64,000 nt of DNA from the human T2T-CHM13v2.0 reference genome, Homo sapiens (GCF_009914755.1 NC_060946.1); one strand, 5' to 3'. Shown: positions 17,369 to 34,985, numbered from the stretch's first letter. Notes: generated by a model not told the origin, from the letters alone. Translations and numbers: made by a program.

Positions 17369-17799
17369 GATGGGGGTTGGGGAGCAACAGAGCAAGACTC
17401 TATCTCAAAAAAGATGCAGGAAAAAGAGCACAGAGTGGAGAAGCAGAAGAGATTCTTAAGTTCTTGTCCTATAGGTAAGAGCTAAAACAAGTCACTTGCT
17501 GACCTAGAGTCTCAATATTCACGTCCCTTGACTGCAGGCAAAAGCTGGCCTCACCTCCTATGATTAATTGACACTTGTTGCTTCTCCCTGCTCGGGTTCC
17601 TTCCCCTTTCCTTTGCTGCCTGCTGCTGTCCTGCTCTGTGTAATTCGGCGTGGATGTCCCTGCTTCCCCCAGGTCAGGCAGGCTCCTGAGCAGCCCCCAA
17701 AGCACAGATGTAGTGCCCGATGGGGTGGGGAGGGGATGGCAGCCTGGCAGAGCTGAACACTTGGGGAAAGGGAATTTCTCTCCTTTGGGGCACTCAAGC

Positions 17800-18430
17800 A
17801 CCGAGGGTCATGGAAGCCGGGAGCTGCCATGTTGCACAGAGTAAGTCTGTCTGAGAATGAAGCCAGCTAATGAGAAAACAGAGCAAAGAGATGGAGAAAC
17901 TGAGGCCTGGGGATGTCACTTGAGCCATGACATCAGCATAGCCAAAGCCAGCCCCAGCCTCTGAAAAAAAAAAAAAAAATTTGGCTGGGCGAGGTGGCTC
18001 ACACCTGCAATCCCAAAGTGCTGGCCTTGACTAAGGCCAAGGCAGTCGGCTCACCTGAGGTCAGGAGTTCGAGACCACCCAGGCCAACATGGTGAAACCC
18101 TGTCTCTCTACTAAAAAAAAAAAAAAAAATACAAAAGTTAGCCAGGCGTGGTGGCAGGTGCCTGTAATCTCAGCTACTCAGGAGGCTGACGCAGCAGAAT
18201 CGCTTGAACCCGGGAGGTGGAGGCTGCAGTGAGCCAAGAGCACCACTGCACTCCAGTCTGGGTGACAGAGCGGAACTCCGTCGCAAAAAAAAAAAAAAAA
18301 AAATTCCCAATTCCGATTCTGCTGTAAAGCCCCAGCCCCTTTCAGTTACCATTTACTGAGTGATAACTTTCCTCCTATTTCAGACCCAGCGTGGGTGGGA
18401 TTTCTGCCCCCTTGCAACGGAAGCCTTCTG
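17800..18430 (+). mobile_element. Old MaLR LTR (MLT1J/K/L-like) split by an Alu
   Basis: gtctgagaatgaagcc...agagatggagaaactgag...gggatttctg...cttgcaac. Confidence 0.55.
17983..18303 (+). mobile_element. AluS
   Basis: Full dimer, expanded A linker. Confidence 0.93.
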
Positions 18431-18469
18431 GGGCTGTGTAGGGCCGGCTCTGCCTGGAAGTGCAGATGC

Positions 18470-18870
18470 CGGAAGCCTCAACCAGAGGGAGCCAGCAGTG
18501 GCCTGCCAGCCGCATGCCAGCCCCAGTGGGCTCTGTTGCCTCCCATAGGATTAAACATTTGAGCCCATACTTTAATATCTGAATTTCATCTAAAACTCTA
18601 AAGAGTTTCAGTTTCTCTGAAAAAAAAAATCGGAAGATCTGGCAACACTGGGTCTAGGTCCTACGTCCTACCTAGAACAATGAGCAGGGGCTACACAGGG
18701 GCTGCCACCTTGGCTTGGAGCCTTTCATTCTCTGTCAGTTCCCTGCAACTCCCTATTTTCTCTCCAACGCTGAGGCTGGGTTTCAGCTGGCATTTGTAAA
18801 ATTTTGGGGGGCTTGTATTTTTATAGGAGAAAATTTTTTCTTTTTGTCTACACCTCTGTCAACAATGGCA
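18470..18870. mobile_element. MER102-like hAT fossil
   Basis: aaaatcggaagatctggcaacactggg signature. Confidence 0.6.
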
Positions 18871-18995
18871 TGGTGAGATGTAGGACTAGTGGCCCCAGTG
18901 GATCAGGCCACCTGGGTCCCTCTGTGGCCCTGCCCATGTGGACACTGGCCTGAGCCACGTGACTTGCTTTAGCCAGAGGTCCAGCAGCGCGTTAA

Positions 18996-19098
18996 ACACA
19001 CACACGCACTCATGCATGCATGCACTCACACACACATGCACTCACGCACGCACATGCGCGCGCGCACACACACACACACACATGCACACCACACACGC
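18996..19098. repeat. Compound (CA)n/(CG)n alternating purine-pyrimidine tract
   Basis: Seen directly. Confidence 0.95.
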
Positions 19099-19244
19099 TT
19101 GATGAACACTCTGTCCTCTTTGAACCCAGAATTTGGGGTCAAGATGAGAGACCATGTGGAGAGGGACTTTAGAGAGGAAGGGAGTGCTCAAAGAATAATA
19201 AGAACGCGTCAAAAACCAAGAAGCTGCTTTGGAAAGGTGACCAC

Positions 19245-20500
<1,256 letters not shown>

Positions 20501-20599
20501 AAAATAGTAAAAACAAATTGTAGGTAGATTTAAAAGTTGAACTAGTAAAGTACTAGAAGGAAAACAAGCAGAACTTATCCTACGCGAAGGGTTGGACCA

Positions 20600-21130
20600 A
20601 GAGGATGGATGTGATCAGATGTTGTTCTGTATATTTTATTTGAGAGATAACATAGACGGTGAGGAAGCAAAAGGACTGGGAGGCGGGAGGCAGGACCGCT
20701 GCAGTAACCCGGGCAAGAAACAATGAGGGTCTGAAGCAAGGGGTAGCAGTGGGCCCTAAGAGGGAAGGAGAGAGACGAGAGGCATTTGGGAGCGAGAACT
20801 GAAGGGCCCTGGTGTTGAATGGGTGATCACAGGAGAAGAAAGACCTCCTTCCTTCCCATTCTTCCCATTCTTCCAACGCAGAGTAAGTGCCACTTCCTCG
20901 GAAGCCTCCCTGACTCCAAAGCTCGGTGGGGTTCCCCTCCAGGGTCCCCCCACCTCCATATCAGAGCACTGATCACAGGGACTGGCCATGGTCTCTACTG
21001 CCCTCTGGACAGCTGGGCAGCAGGACCTGGATCCTGTTCACCATCAACCCCAGCACCCGTCAGCATTCAGCATGCTATGAATGTTCAATTAGTATTTGCT
21101 GAGCAAAAATGCGAATGGATGAACCAGCCT
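20600..21130. mobile_element. Two L2 fragments in opposite orientation
   Basis: gcagtaacccgggcaagaaacaatgagg (antisense); aatgttcaattagtatttgctgagc...gaatggatgaa (sense 3' end). Confidence 0.6.
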
Positions 21131-21296
21131 GTGATACTTGCCAGGTTTTGGCTTCTGAATTCATTCACTATGTTGGCCATTCTACCATGAATGTACTCCA
21201 GCTTACCCCTGAGACATGAAGGCAGCTGGGGTTAATGTGGAGCCTGCAGCCCATGCCTTCTGCTCCTGGGTCTGTGCTCCATGTGAGGTTAGAGGA

Positions 21297-21655
21297 TGCC
21301 AAGGACTGAATGTGTGTGCCCCCCTCTAATTCCTCTGTTGAAGCCGTAATCCTCAATGTGATGGTATTAGGGGTGGGGTCTTTGGGAGATGATTAGGCCA
21401 CGAGGGTGGAACCCTCATGAGTGGAATAGCGTCCTTAGAAAAAAGACTCCAGGGAGTTATCCAGCTCTTTCCACCCCATGAGGACACAGCCAGAAGACGG
21501 CCATCTGCAAACCAGGAAGGGAGCCCTCCCCAGATGCCAAATCTGCCAGCACCCTGCTCTTGGATTTCCCAGGCTTGAGAACTGCGAGAAATAAATGTCA
21601 GTTGTTGAAGCCACCCAGTCTGTGGTATTTTTGTCGTAACAGCCTGAGCTGATGG
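21297..21655 (+). mobile_element. MLT1A0 LTR
   Basis: ggactgaatgtgtgtgcccc...aagccacccagtctgtggtattt. Confidence 0.85.
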
Positions 21656-21959
21656 AGCCAGGGAGGCTGCATGGTCATGAGCATGCTGGAGGCTAGTAGG
21701 GAGCAAAGGAAGGGAAGACTGGGGTGGGTGTCAACCCCAGGTAGCCTATGTTTATCCCCGGCCACTGCTCCTCAACTTCATCCTGGAAACCCAGCTGTCA
21801 CCTGTCAGGAGAGGCTGCTCTGTCTCCTCAGAGCATAGGGCTGCAGCCAAGGTGGCTCAGGGGTCCTCCTCTCCAGTTCCATCCCAGATGACTCAGATGC
21901 CATGGGCAAGTGTCCCACCTCCAAGCTCTTATGGCTGTAGGGCAGGGGCTGAGCTGGAA

Positions 21960-22870
21960 ATGTCAGCAACACCAGGAAGAACATTCAGAATATCTGCCCC
22001 ATGTGTCAACTGCTCACCACGTCCACGGTCCACTCCCGGGTCCAGGCCACCACCATATCTTGCCTGGATTGCTCTTAGGACCTCCTGACCCTGTGGCAGC
22101 TTCCAGTCTCACCCACGACAGCCGCCCCGTTTCCCGCACAGCGGCCTGCAATCTTTTAAAGACAAACATCATACCTTGACGTTCTCCTTCCTTACATTCT
22201 CCAGGGCCCCCTGGACAACTGCTCTCAGGATAAAATCAAAACCCTTCACCAGCGCATGAGGGTCTGCATGATCTGGCGCCCACATCTCCTTCCCCTCTCT
22301 CCCTCACTCACCAGGTTGCAGCCATGCTGGCCTCCTTTTCACCAAAGCTGCCAAGCCCTTTCCCACCCCAGGGCCTTTGCACCTGCTGTTAGAAGCACTC
22401 GAAGCTCGGCTGGGTGCGGTGGCTCATGCCTGTAATCCTAGTGCTTTGAGAGGCCAAGATGGGAGGATTGCTTTAGGACAGGAGTTTGAGACCAGCCTGG
22501 TCAACATAGCAAGACCCAATGTCTATTTTTTTATTATATATTTAAAATTTTTCTTAAAAAGAAGCACTCTATCTGCCCACTCCACCCGTCCACACCACAT
22601 AACCCCCTCCATCTGCCGATCCCTGCTTGCTCCATCACACCACTCCCTCCATTCCTTCCCACATAGCAGCTTCCTCCACAGTGGTTGTTTCTACTTGTGC
22701 GTCGTTGCATCACTCCCAACCAGAAGCAAATCTGCATGAGCATGGGCACCTGAGCACGGGCACCTGTTCTGTCTTGTCCCCACCATTTCACCAGGGTCCA
22801 AGGCAGTGCCCAAGAAACAGTCCAAGCTCAATAAACACTCGTCAGGTGAATGAAAGAACCGAGAGCTGAT
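21960..22870 (+). mobile_element. L2 3' fragment
   Basis: tcaggataaaatcaaaacc, cagggcctttgcacctgctgtt, gctcaataaacactcg...tgaatgaa. Confidence 0.7.
22408..22525 (+). mobile_element. FLAM / Alu left monomer
   Basis: Single monomer with an AT-rich tail. Confidence 0.85.
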
Positions 22871-23135
22871 CATATTTTATTACCTTTGTGATGCTTATCA
22901 TCGTCTGACATGAGCTTGTTATGATTGATGACTGTGGTTCTCCTGTGATGAGAATGGAAACTTCAGGAGGCCAGAAACCTCATCTCCATTCCTGTTGTAC
23001 CTCTGGCACCCAAAGCAGTAGCAGGCACAGAGTAGACCATTAACAAATAGTTGCTAGTTGTTGAGTGACTGTTGGTGAAATTTTATCATTTTATCAAATT
23101 CTTAAAAATATACATTTTTAAAAGCTGGGATACTA

Positions 23136-23464
<329 letters not shown>

Positions 23465-23937
23465 CTAGCTTGATCACATATGCACAAACACGTATCATTC
23501 TTAGTTCTTGTTAGAATTCTCCATTAACCGGCACTATGGATTTTAACAAGTTACTTAATCCATCCAGGCTAAAGGCATCATCTACAACATGAGATTATTC
23601 TAATACTTTATTTCTACGACTTCCTCCAGCTCTAATCTCCTATTATTCAATGTATTCTGCTTCATAGTACAAAGGGTTTAAGCCATACCCCAGTCCCAAT
23701 GTACTGACTTCAGTTTCTGGGCATTCCTTACCCGTGGGTGGGTGTGGGTGCTTCCTGGGATACTTGATGGTATCCCATTAGTGTCAAGACCACATGGACA
23801 TTCCCATGCAGAAATATTGGTGAAAGTCCTACAGCTGATCCAAGAGCCAGAAGCTCCGCAGGTCCCTGAGGAAGGAAGATAGAGACTCCCTCATGCTGTG
23901 CCACTCTGGAAATTCATTGGTCCAGATCAGTATCTGC

Positions 23938-24283
<346 letters not shown>

Positions 24284-24589
24284 TGAGGCCTTCCTAGTGG
24301 CATGCCTGTGTTGCTCATGGTCTGGCTGGTTCCATCCTGCAGCCAATCACCATAGAAGTCAACGGATCAATTATGCAGCAAACCCAACCAACTGTTGGAC
24401 AGGTGGAAAACAACAGACTGGCTGGTAACCTTCAGTCTTTTTGTCTCTACCTGAAATCTAAAAGGTCCAACCTAACCCCTAAATACCGACGGAAAACCTA
24501 CAGCATAATTAATGTGAAAGGCAAGGGGAGGAAATGGGATGGGATGGAGGAAGGACCACAGTGCAGACCAACAAGACCAAGGTCAATCC

Positions 24590-25202
<613 letters not shown>

Positions 25203-25616
25203 TGGACATAGACATATTTAGATGAGAGGGCAGAACACTTCAGAAATTACGATTGACATGTGCAAAAGCAAAGGCTGAAAGGCACAAACTGTGCTTGGGC
25301 AGGAGGTGCATGGTGCTGTGAAAGAGACCACCTCGCCAGGCAGCCAGGACCTGGAAGACCTACGGGATGTCAGGGGCTGCACTCGGCAACTCGCACCCAG
25401 GATCTCATGTGCTTGTCTATTTCATGTTTCATAGATGCATGCATTGTGCCCCCTCTACATTTTATGTTCCAGGATATCTGTAATCACTTGTACTCATCAC
25501 TCCACCACTTGTGTGAGTTGTACTTGTCCCAGTATTTGGTCCAGTGCCCCAAACACATTAAGTGATCCTTGTTTTCTGAAAACAAAGGCAGAGATGTGGT
25601 CATCTTGCCTGTGTAG

Positions 25617-25960
<344 letters not shown>

Positions 25961-26119
25961 AAATACAGCTCTTTTACCTCCTGCTCTGCATATGAAATCT
26001 GTTCGGAGGGAGCAGCCCTCCTCTGGCCAGGATGAAAACTCTGGCAGGCCCTCGACTTTCCTATGTACTCTCAGGTAATAAGCAGTTGCTCTAATTACCA
26101 AACACAATCTCTTTAAAAA

Positions 26120-26422
26120 ATTATTATTTTTAGAGACATTGTCTCGCTTTTTCACTCTGTTGCTCAGAATGAAGTGCAATGGCACAATCATAGCTCACTG
26201 CACCCTTGAACTCCTGGGCTCAAGCAATCCTCCCACTTCAGCCTCTCTAGAAGCTGGGATTACAGGTGCATGCCACCATGCTCAGCTAGTTTTTAAATTT
26301 TTTGTAGAGACAGGGTCTTGCCATGTTGCCCAGAGTGGTCTCAAATTCCTGGCTTCAAGTGATCCACCCATCTCTGTCTCCCAAAGTGTTGGGATTACAG
26401 ATATAATCCACCATGCCTGGCC
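26120..26422 (-). mobile_element. AluJ
   Basis: J diagnostics. Confidence 0.9.
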
Positions 26423-26711
26423 CAAATACAGTCTTGATTCAGAAACTCAAGCCCAAGATATCAATCAAGTCTCCAGATTTGATCTAATGTGAGACCTTCT
26501 CACATTAGAAGAGTCTGCTTCTACAGGGGAAGTGGGCAGTTCTCCTCCTCTCCATTTCTCTTATCTTGTACTACTCTCTCTCCTGCATCCAAGCCCATCA
26601 CCCAGCTTCCCAGCCAGTTTTTGGCCCCTGAAGTAGGAAGGTAGGCAGTAAAAAGTGGTAAGGAGATAGAAAAGGACCTAAATTGGAAGCATCAAAAACT
26701 AGTTTCACACT

Positions 26712-27226
26712 GTCCAGGCCATAAATTACCAAAAAAAAAAATGGCTATAATTCTTCACTCCTTCCTGAATCTGTGCCCTTTTCATGTGACCTTGCAATTG
26801 TTCTCACTAAAGAGGCAGAGTTGATTTTCCTACCCGTTAAATCTGGGCTGGCATTGTGACTTGCTTCAGCTGATAGAATGCTGTGGAAATGGTGGCCTTC
26901 CAGTTCCAAGCCCAGGCCTCAAGAGATCTTGCATACTTGTGCTGACTGTCATGATCTCCACGTGAATACCAGGCTAGCCTGCTGGAGGATGAGACACCAC
27001 ATGGAGCCAGGCGAAGTCACTCCAGCCAAGGCCAGCCTAGACCAGCCCTGTCCCAGACAACTTGCCAGCTGACAAAAAAACACATGAAAAAGCCCAGCCC
27101 AGTCCAGTCCAGACCAAAAAAGTCCAGCGGACAAGTCAATTACCACAGACTTTGTCATGGTTTGGAGCCAATAAGTTTTGGGGATGTTTGTTACACACCC
27201 CTATGATGGCAATAAGTAACAGCTAC
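26712..27226 (+). mobile_element. MLT1F-like LTR
   Basis: atctgggctggcattgtgacttgctt...taagttttggggatgtttgttaca. Confidence 0.75.
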
Positions 27227-27494
27227 ACTCCAGTTCTGGCAAATGTTCAAAGGTGATTCTCTTCTGGGGCACTCTCATGGACTCTTTGAAGAGCCCTGCT
27301 GTGGAAGGCCTCTCCCTGCAACTCTGAAGGCGTAGGGAATTCATATTTTCCTTCAGATCCTCCGATCTCCTCCCTCGGCTCTGTTTCTCCGGTGGTTCAC
27401 TCCACCCTGTCTCTCCCTGTTGAGGTCACCTCATTTGAAATTGTAACTTTCAAATGAAACCCTTCAGGCCTGGAAAAACATAAAAGAGTGCAGA

Positions 27495-27750
27495 GAAATA
27501 AGCCAGGTACAAAAGAACAAATACTGTATGATTCCACAGATAAAGTATCAATAACAGGCAAATTCATAGAGACAAAAAGTCTAATAGAGGTGTCAGGGCT
27601 GAGGAGAGGGGGTTGGGGAGTTGTTTAATGGGTACAGAGTTTCTCTCTGAGATAATGAAAAAGTTCTGGGAGTGGATAGTATTGAGAGTGACACAACATG
27701 GAGAATTTATTTGATGCCACTGAATTGTATGCTTACACTTAATAGACTTA
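27495..27750 (+). mobile_element. L1MB 3' end fragment
   Basis: gaaataagccaggtacaaaagaacaaatactgtatgattcc. Confidence 0.8.
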
Positions 27751-27830
27751 AATATGGTGTCTGGACAGGGCTGCCAATTCATTCCATGAAGGCAATGTCA
27801 CTCTGCTACCAAAATCACACAAAGACATCA

Positions 27831-28190
<360 letters not shown>

Positions 28191-28541
28191 ACTAAAGACC
28201 AATATCTCTTTTGAATGTACCATAAAACTCCTCAATCAAATATTAGCGAATTAAATCCAGAAACATATAAAGAGGATTATATGCCATGACCAAATGGGGA
28301 TTTATCCCAGAAATCAAATGAGATTCTTATCTCAAGAATGCAAGTTTGATTTAACATCCAAAAATTAATATGATGTACCATATAGATAGAATAAAGAACA
28401 AAAATCACATGGTCATCTCAGGAGATACAAAAAAGGCATTTGACAAAATCCAGAACCCTTTCATAAAAACATGCAGCAAGTGAGGAATAGAAGGAAACTT
28501 CCTCAACCTGATCATATGTGAAAAACTCACAGTTACATTCC

Positions 28542-28847
28542 TTTTTATTTTTTATTTTTTAGACAAAGTTTTGCTCTTGTTGCCCAGGTTGGAGTCCAAT
28601 GGCATGATCTCGGCTCACCGCAACCTCCGCCCGCCTCCCGAGTTCAAGCGATTCTCCTACCTTAACCTCCAGAGTAGCTGGGATTATAGGGATGCACCAC
28701 CACGCCAGGCTAATTTTTTGTATTTTTAGTAGAGACTGGATTTCTCCATGTTGGTCAGGCTGGTCTTGAACTCCCGAACTCAGGTCATCCACCCGCCTCA
28801 GCCTCCCAAAGTGCTTGGATTACGGGCGTGAGCCACCATGCCCGGCC
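28542..28847 (-). mobile_element. AluSp-like
   Basis: TSD acagttacattc. Confidence 0.94.
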
Positions 28848-29142
28848 CACAGTTACATTCTACTTGATGATGTGAGGTTGAATGCTTTTCTCCTAAGATC
28901 AAGAACAAGGATATCCATTCTTGTTACTTTCATTCAACACATTACTGGAGATTGTGGCCAGAGCTATTAGGCAATAAAAAGAAATGAAAGGCATCCAGAT
29001 TAGAAATAAAGGAGTAAAACTATTTCTATTCATGGATGACATAACCTTGTATATAGAAAATCTTAAGAAACCCACAAAAACTATTAGAACTAATCAAAGA
29101 AGTTCGGTAAATTATAGGATACACGATCAATATCAAAAATTA

Positions 29143-29508
<366 letters not shown>

Positions 29509-30136
29509 TTACAATAGCATTGATAAAAATAAAATACTTAGAAATACAATTTAATAAGAGAAATATACTTGTACACTGAAAACTACAATATTGTTGGAAC
29601 AAAATTAAACAAAACCTGAGTAAATAAAAGACACCCGCGTTCATGGATTGTTAGCGTGGGAGTACTCCCCAAATTCATCTACAGATTCACTGCAACCTCT
29701 GTGAAAATTCCAGCTGCTTTTTTTTCTCCAGAAATTGACAAGCTGAACCTAAAATTCATACAGAAATGCAAGAGACCCAGAATAGCCAAAACAATTTTGA
29801 AAAAGAACAAGCTTGGAAGACCACATTTTCTGATTCCAAAATTTACTACAAAGCTACAGTAATAAAGATAGTGCGGTGCTGACATCAGAATAGTCACGTA
29901 CATCAATGGAATCAAACTGAGAGTCCAGAAATAAACCTTCACATTCATGGTCAATTGATTTTGACAAGTGTGTCAAGACCCTTTAATGGGGAAAGAGCAG
30001 TATTTTCAATAATTAGTGCTGGGACAACCAGATATTCACATACAAAAGGACGAAGCTGAACTACTACCTCACACCATTGCAAAAATTTAACTCGAAATGG
30101 AACCAAGCTCTACCTTACACCATAAACAAAAATTAA

Positions 30137-30378
<242 letters not shown>

Positions 30379-30673
30379 CAAACACACAACAAAACTCAAA
30401 ATGAATCAAAGACCTAAACATAAGACCTAAAACTATAAAATTCTTAGAAGAAAATATGGGAGAAAAACTCCATAACATCGGAGTTGGCAATGATTTCTTG
30501 GATATGACACCAAAAGTACAGGCAGCAAAATAAAACTTAAAAATTTAAAAGTTCTGTTCATCAAAGGACATAATCCACAGAGTGAAAGGGTGGCCCTGGA
30601 ACAGAAAAAAAAAAAAGTTTGCAAATCATATATCTGATAAGTCATTAATATCCACAGTATATAAAGAATTCCT

Positions 30674-30986
<313 letters not shown>

Positions 30987-32118
30987 CTACAACTCAACGA
31001 CAAAATGACTTAATTTTTAAAACGAACAAAGAACTTGAATAGACATTTCTCCAAAAAAGGTATGCAAATGGCCAATAATTACATGAAAAAATGCTCACCA
31101 AGGAAACACAAATCAAAACCTAGTGAGATACCACCTCACACCCATTAGGATGGCAACTATCAAAAAATTTAAAAAAAAATAACAAGTGTTGGCAAGGATA
31201 TGGAGAAATCGTGACCTTTGTGCAGCGTTGGTGGGAATGTAAATGGTGTAGAAGCTATGGAAAACAGGACCGTGGTTCCTCAAAAAATTAAACATAGAAT
31301 TATCGTATGATCCAGCAATTCTACTCCTGGACATACACCCAAAAGAACTGAAATTGGGGTCTTGAATAAGTATTTGTATATCCATGTTCATAACAGCATT
31401 ATTCACAATAGCCAAAAAGTAGAAGCAAATCCAAGTGTGTGTGAATGGATGAATAAATAAACAAAAATATGCTATATCCATACAATGGAATATTATTCAG
31501 CCTTAAAAAGGAAGAAAATTCTGACACATGCTATAACATAGGTAAGCCTTGATGACATTATGCCAAGTGAAATAAGCCAGTCACAAAAGGACAAATCTGA
31601 TATGACTCCACAATATGAGGTCTCTAGAGTATTGAAACTCCGAGGGAGACAATGGAGTGATGATCTCCAGGGGCTGGGGAGAGGGGGAATGTATTGTTTA
31701 ACGGAGTTTCAGTTTTGCAAGATGAAAGGAGTTCTGCGGGATTGGTGGTGGTGATTGGGTGTACAACAATGTAAATGTGCTTAATGCTACTGAACCATAC
31801 ATTTCAAAATGTTGAAGGCACTAAATGCTATGTGTATTTTATCACAACTTTTAAAACTAAAAAAGAAAGGATAGAAAAAATACATCAAAGTTCTGAAATA
31901 ATTTTTGATTCCAAAAACTACTTCTAAAACTATAAAACTCTAAACTATAAAACTCTAAAACTATAAAACCCTTAGAAGAAAAATAGGTTAAATCTTTGTG
32001 ACCTTGGGTTAGACAATGGTATCTTAAATATGACACCAAAAGTACAAACAACAAAAGAAAAAATATTAGATAAACTGGACTTCAACAAAACTTAAAACTT
32101 CTGTGTTTCAAAGGAAAC

Positions 32119-32812
32119 TGCTATGGTTTGGCTGTGTGTCCCTACCCAAATCTCCTGTTGAATCGTAATCACCAGTGTTGGGGGAGGGACCTGGTGGGAG
32201 GTGATTGGATCACAGAGAAGGATTTCCCCCTTGCTATTCTCGTGATAGTGAGTGAGCTCTCACAAGATCTTGTTGTTTAAAAGTGTGTAGCACTTCCACC
32301 TTTGCTCTCTCTCTCCTGCTCCACTGCATGGTAAGATGTGCCTGCTTCCCCTTCACCTTCCGCCATAATTGTAAGTTTACTGAGGCCCCCAGCCATGCTT
32401 CCTGTACAGCCTGCAGAACTGTGAGTCAATTAAACCTCTTTTCTTCATAAATTACCCAGTCTCTGGTATTTCTTTTTTTTTTTTTTTTTTGAGACGGAGT
32501 CTCGCTCTGTTTCCCAGGCTGGAGTGCAGTGGTGCAATCTTGGCTCACTGCAAGCTGCGCATCCCAGGTTCACGCCATTCTCCTGCCTCAGCCTCCTGAG
32601 TAGCTGGGACTACAGGCGCCTGCCACCATGCCCAGCTAATTTTTGTATTTTTTAGTAGAGATGGGGTTTCACCTTGTTAGCCAGGATGGTATCGATCTCC
32701 TGACCTCGTGATCCACCTGCCTCGGCCTCCCAAAGTGCTGGGATTACAGGCGTGAGCCACCGTGCCCGGCCTCTGGTAGTTCTTTAGAGTAGTGTAAGAA
32801 CGAACTAATACA
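32119..32812 (+). mobile_element. MSTA/B solo LTR containing an AluY
   Basis: tgctatggtttgg...gaactaataca; TSD gaaac/gaaat. Confidence 0.88.
32473..32771 (-). mobile_element. AluY
   Basis: ttcacgccattctc; TSD tctggta(t/g)ttcttt. Confidence 0.95.
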
Positions 32813-33278
32813 GAAATCATCAAGAAAGTGAAAAGGCAATTCACAGAATGGGAGAAAAAAATTGTTAATGATATATCTGATAAGAGACTGTTATCCAGGA
32901 TATATAAAGAACTTTTACAACTCAATAAAAAAAGACAAATCCAATTTTTAAAATGAGCACAGGATTTGAACAAACATTTATCCAAAGAAACTATAACAAT
33001 GACCAACAAGCACGTGAAAAATGCTTAACAACATCAGTCATAGGAAAATGTTAACCCAAATCACAATGAGATAACAACACTTCACATCCACTAGTATGGC
33101 TGTGGTCAAGAAAGGACAATAACTAGTGAGGACATGGAGAAACTGGAACACTTACACATTGCTGCTTGAAATGTAATGTGGTTCAGCTTTGGAAAAGCTT
33201 TGGAAAACAATTATTTGGCAGTTCCTCATAATGTTAAACACAGAGTTACCATATGTTCCAGCAATTCCATTCCTAGGG

Positions 33279-33310
<32 letters not shown>

Positions 33311-33312
<2 letters not shown>

Positions 33313-33538
33313 TCTACTCTCTGCCTCTATAGGTTTCTGTATTCTGGACATTTCATATAAAAGGAATCATATTGTAAATAGTCTTTTGTGACAGGCCTCT
33401 TTCATTTTGCATTATATTTTGGAGATACACCCATGTTATAGCATGCATTAGAACTTCTTTTATTTTTATGGCTGTGATATGGTTTGGCTGTGTCCCCACC
33501 CACATCTCATCTTGAATTGTAGCTCCCACAATTCCCAC
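33311..33538 (-). repeat. Inverted copy of 34108-34332 (THE1/L1 junction)
   Basis: About 17 substitutions and one 3-bp indel over about 225 bp by hand alignment; flanked by (GT)n and (CA)n. Confidence 0.92.
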
Positions 33539-33820
33539 AACACACACACACATACATTCACACACACATATATACACATGTCTCCAAGAGAATTGAAAAT
33601 ATACGTACACAAAAACTTACACAAGTGTCTAGCTGACCTTCTGGACACAAACACAGAAAAAAAAATACTAACCAACTAAACAAAAAAATGTACACATGTG
33701 TTCATAGCAGCATGATTCATAATTGCCCAAAAGTGGAAACAATGCAAACATCCATCAATTAAAGAACAGACAATTATTAGTCAAATGTGGTATATCCATG
33801 TAATGGAATATTATTCAGCC

Positions 33821-34171
33821 TGCATTAGTCTGTTCTCACGCTGCCAGTAACGACATACCCAAGATTGGGTAATTTATAAAGGAAAGAGGCTTAATGGACT
33901 CACAGTTCCACATGGCTGGAGAGGCCTCATAATCATGGCAGAAGAGCGTGGGATGTCTCACATGGCAGCAGGCAAAAGAGAGCTTGTGCACGGGAACTCC
34001 TCCTTATAAAACCATAAGATCTCTTGAGACTTACTATCATGAGAAGGGCACAGGAAAGACCCACCCCCATGATTAAATTACCTCCCACAGGGCCCCTCCC
34101 ACGACACGTGGGAATTGTGGGAGCTACAATTCAAGATGAGATTTGGGTGGGGACACAGCCGAACCATATCA
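33821..34171 (-). mobile_element. THE1 (B/C-like) solo LTR
   Basis: tgcattagtc...ccatatca; perfect TSD cagcc. Confidence 0.93.
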
Positions 34172-34653
34172 CAGCCATAAAAAGAAAAGAAGCTCTGATG
34201 CATGCTATAACGTGGTTGTATCTCCAAAATATGCGAAATGAAAGAGGCCTGTCACAAAAGACTACACACTATATGATTCGTTTTATATGAAATGTCCAGA
34301 ATAGAGAAGCCTATAGAGGCGGAGAGTAGATTAGTGATTTCCAGGGGCTGTGGGGAGGGAGGAATGAGGAGTGACTGCTAATGGGTACAGGATTTCTTTA
34401 TAGGGTGAAGAAAACATTATAAAATTGAATGTGAGGATGGTTACACAGCTCTGTGAGGATGCTGAAAACCACTGACTTATACAATTTAAGTTATTGAATT
34501 TTATTAGGTGTGAATTATATATCAATAAAACTATTTCTAAATTTTTGAAATGACAAATTAAATTTTAGGTGGTCTGGAAAGCACAATGATATGTTTCTTC
34601 TCCTACTCACGTGGCAATGCTAGGGGATGGTTAGATTTGACCATCCTTCTTTC

Positions 34654-34985
<332 letters not shown>

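Noticed and set aside
31925-31968. Short direct repeats (aaaactataaaactct x3)
   Set aside because: Slippage tandem within L1 with no spacers; not CRISPR-like.
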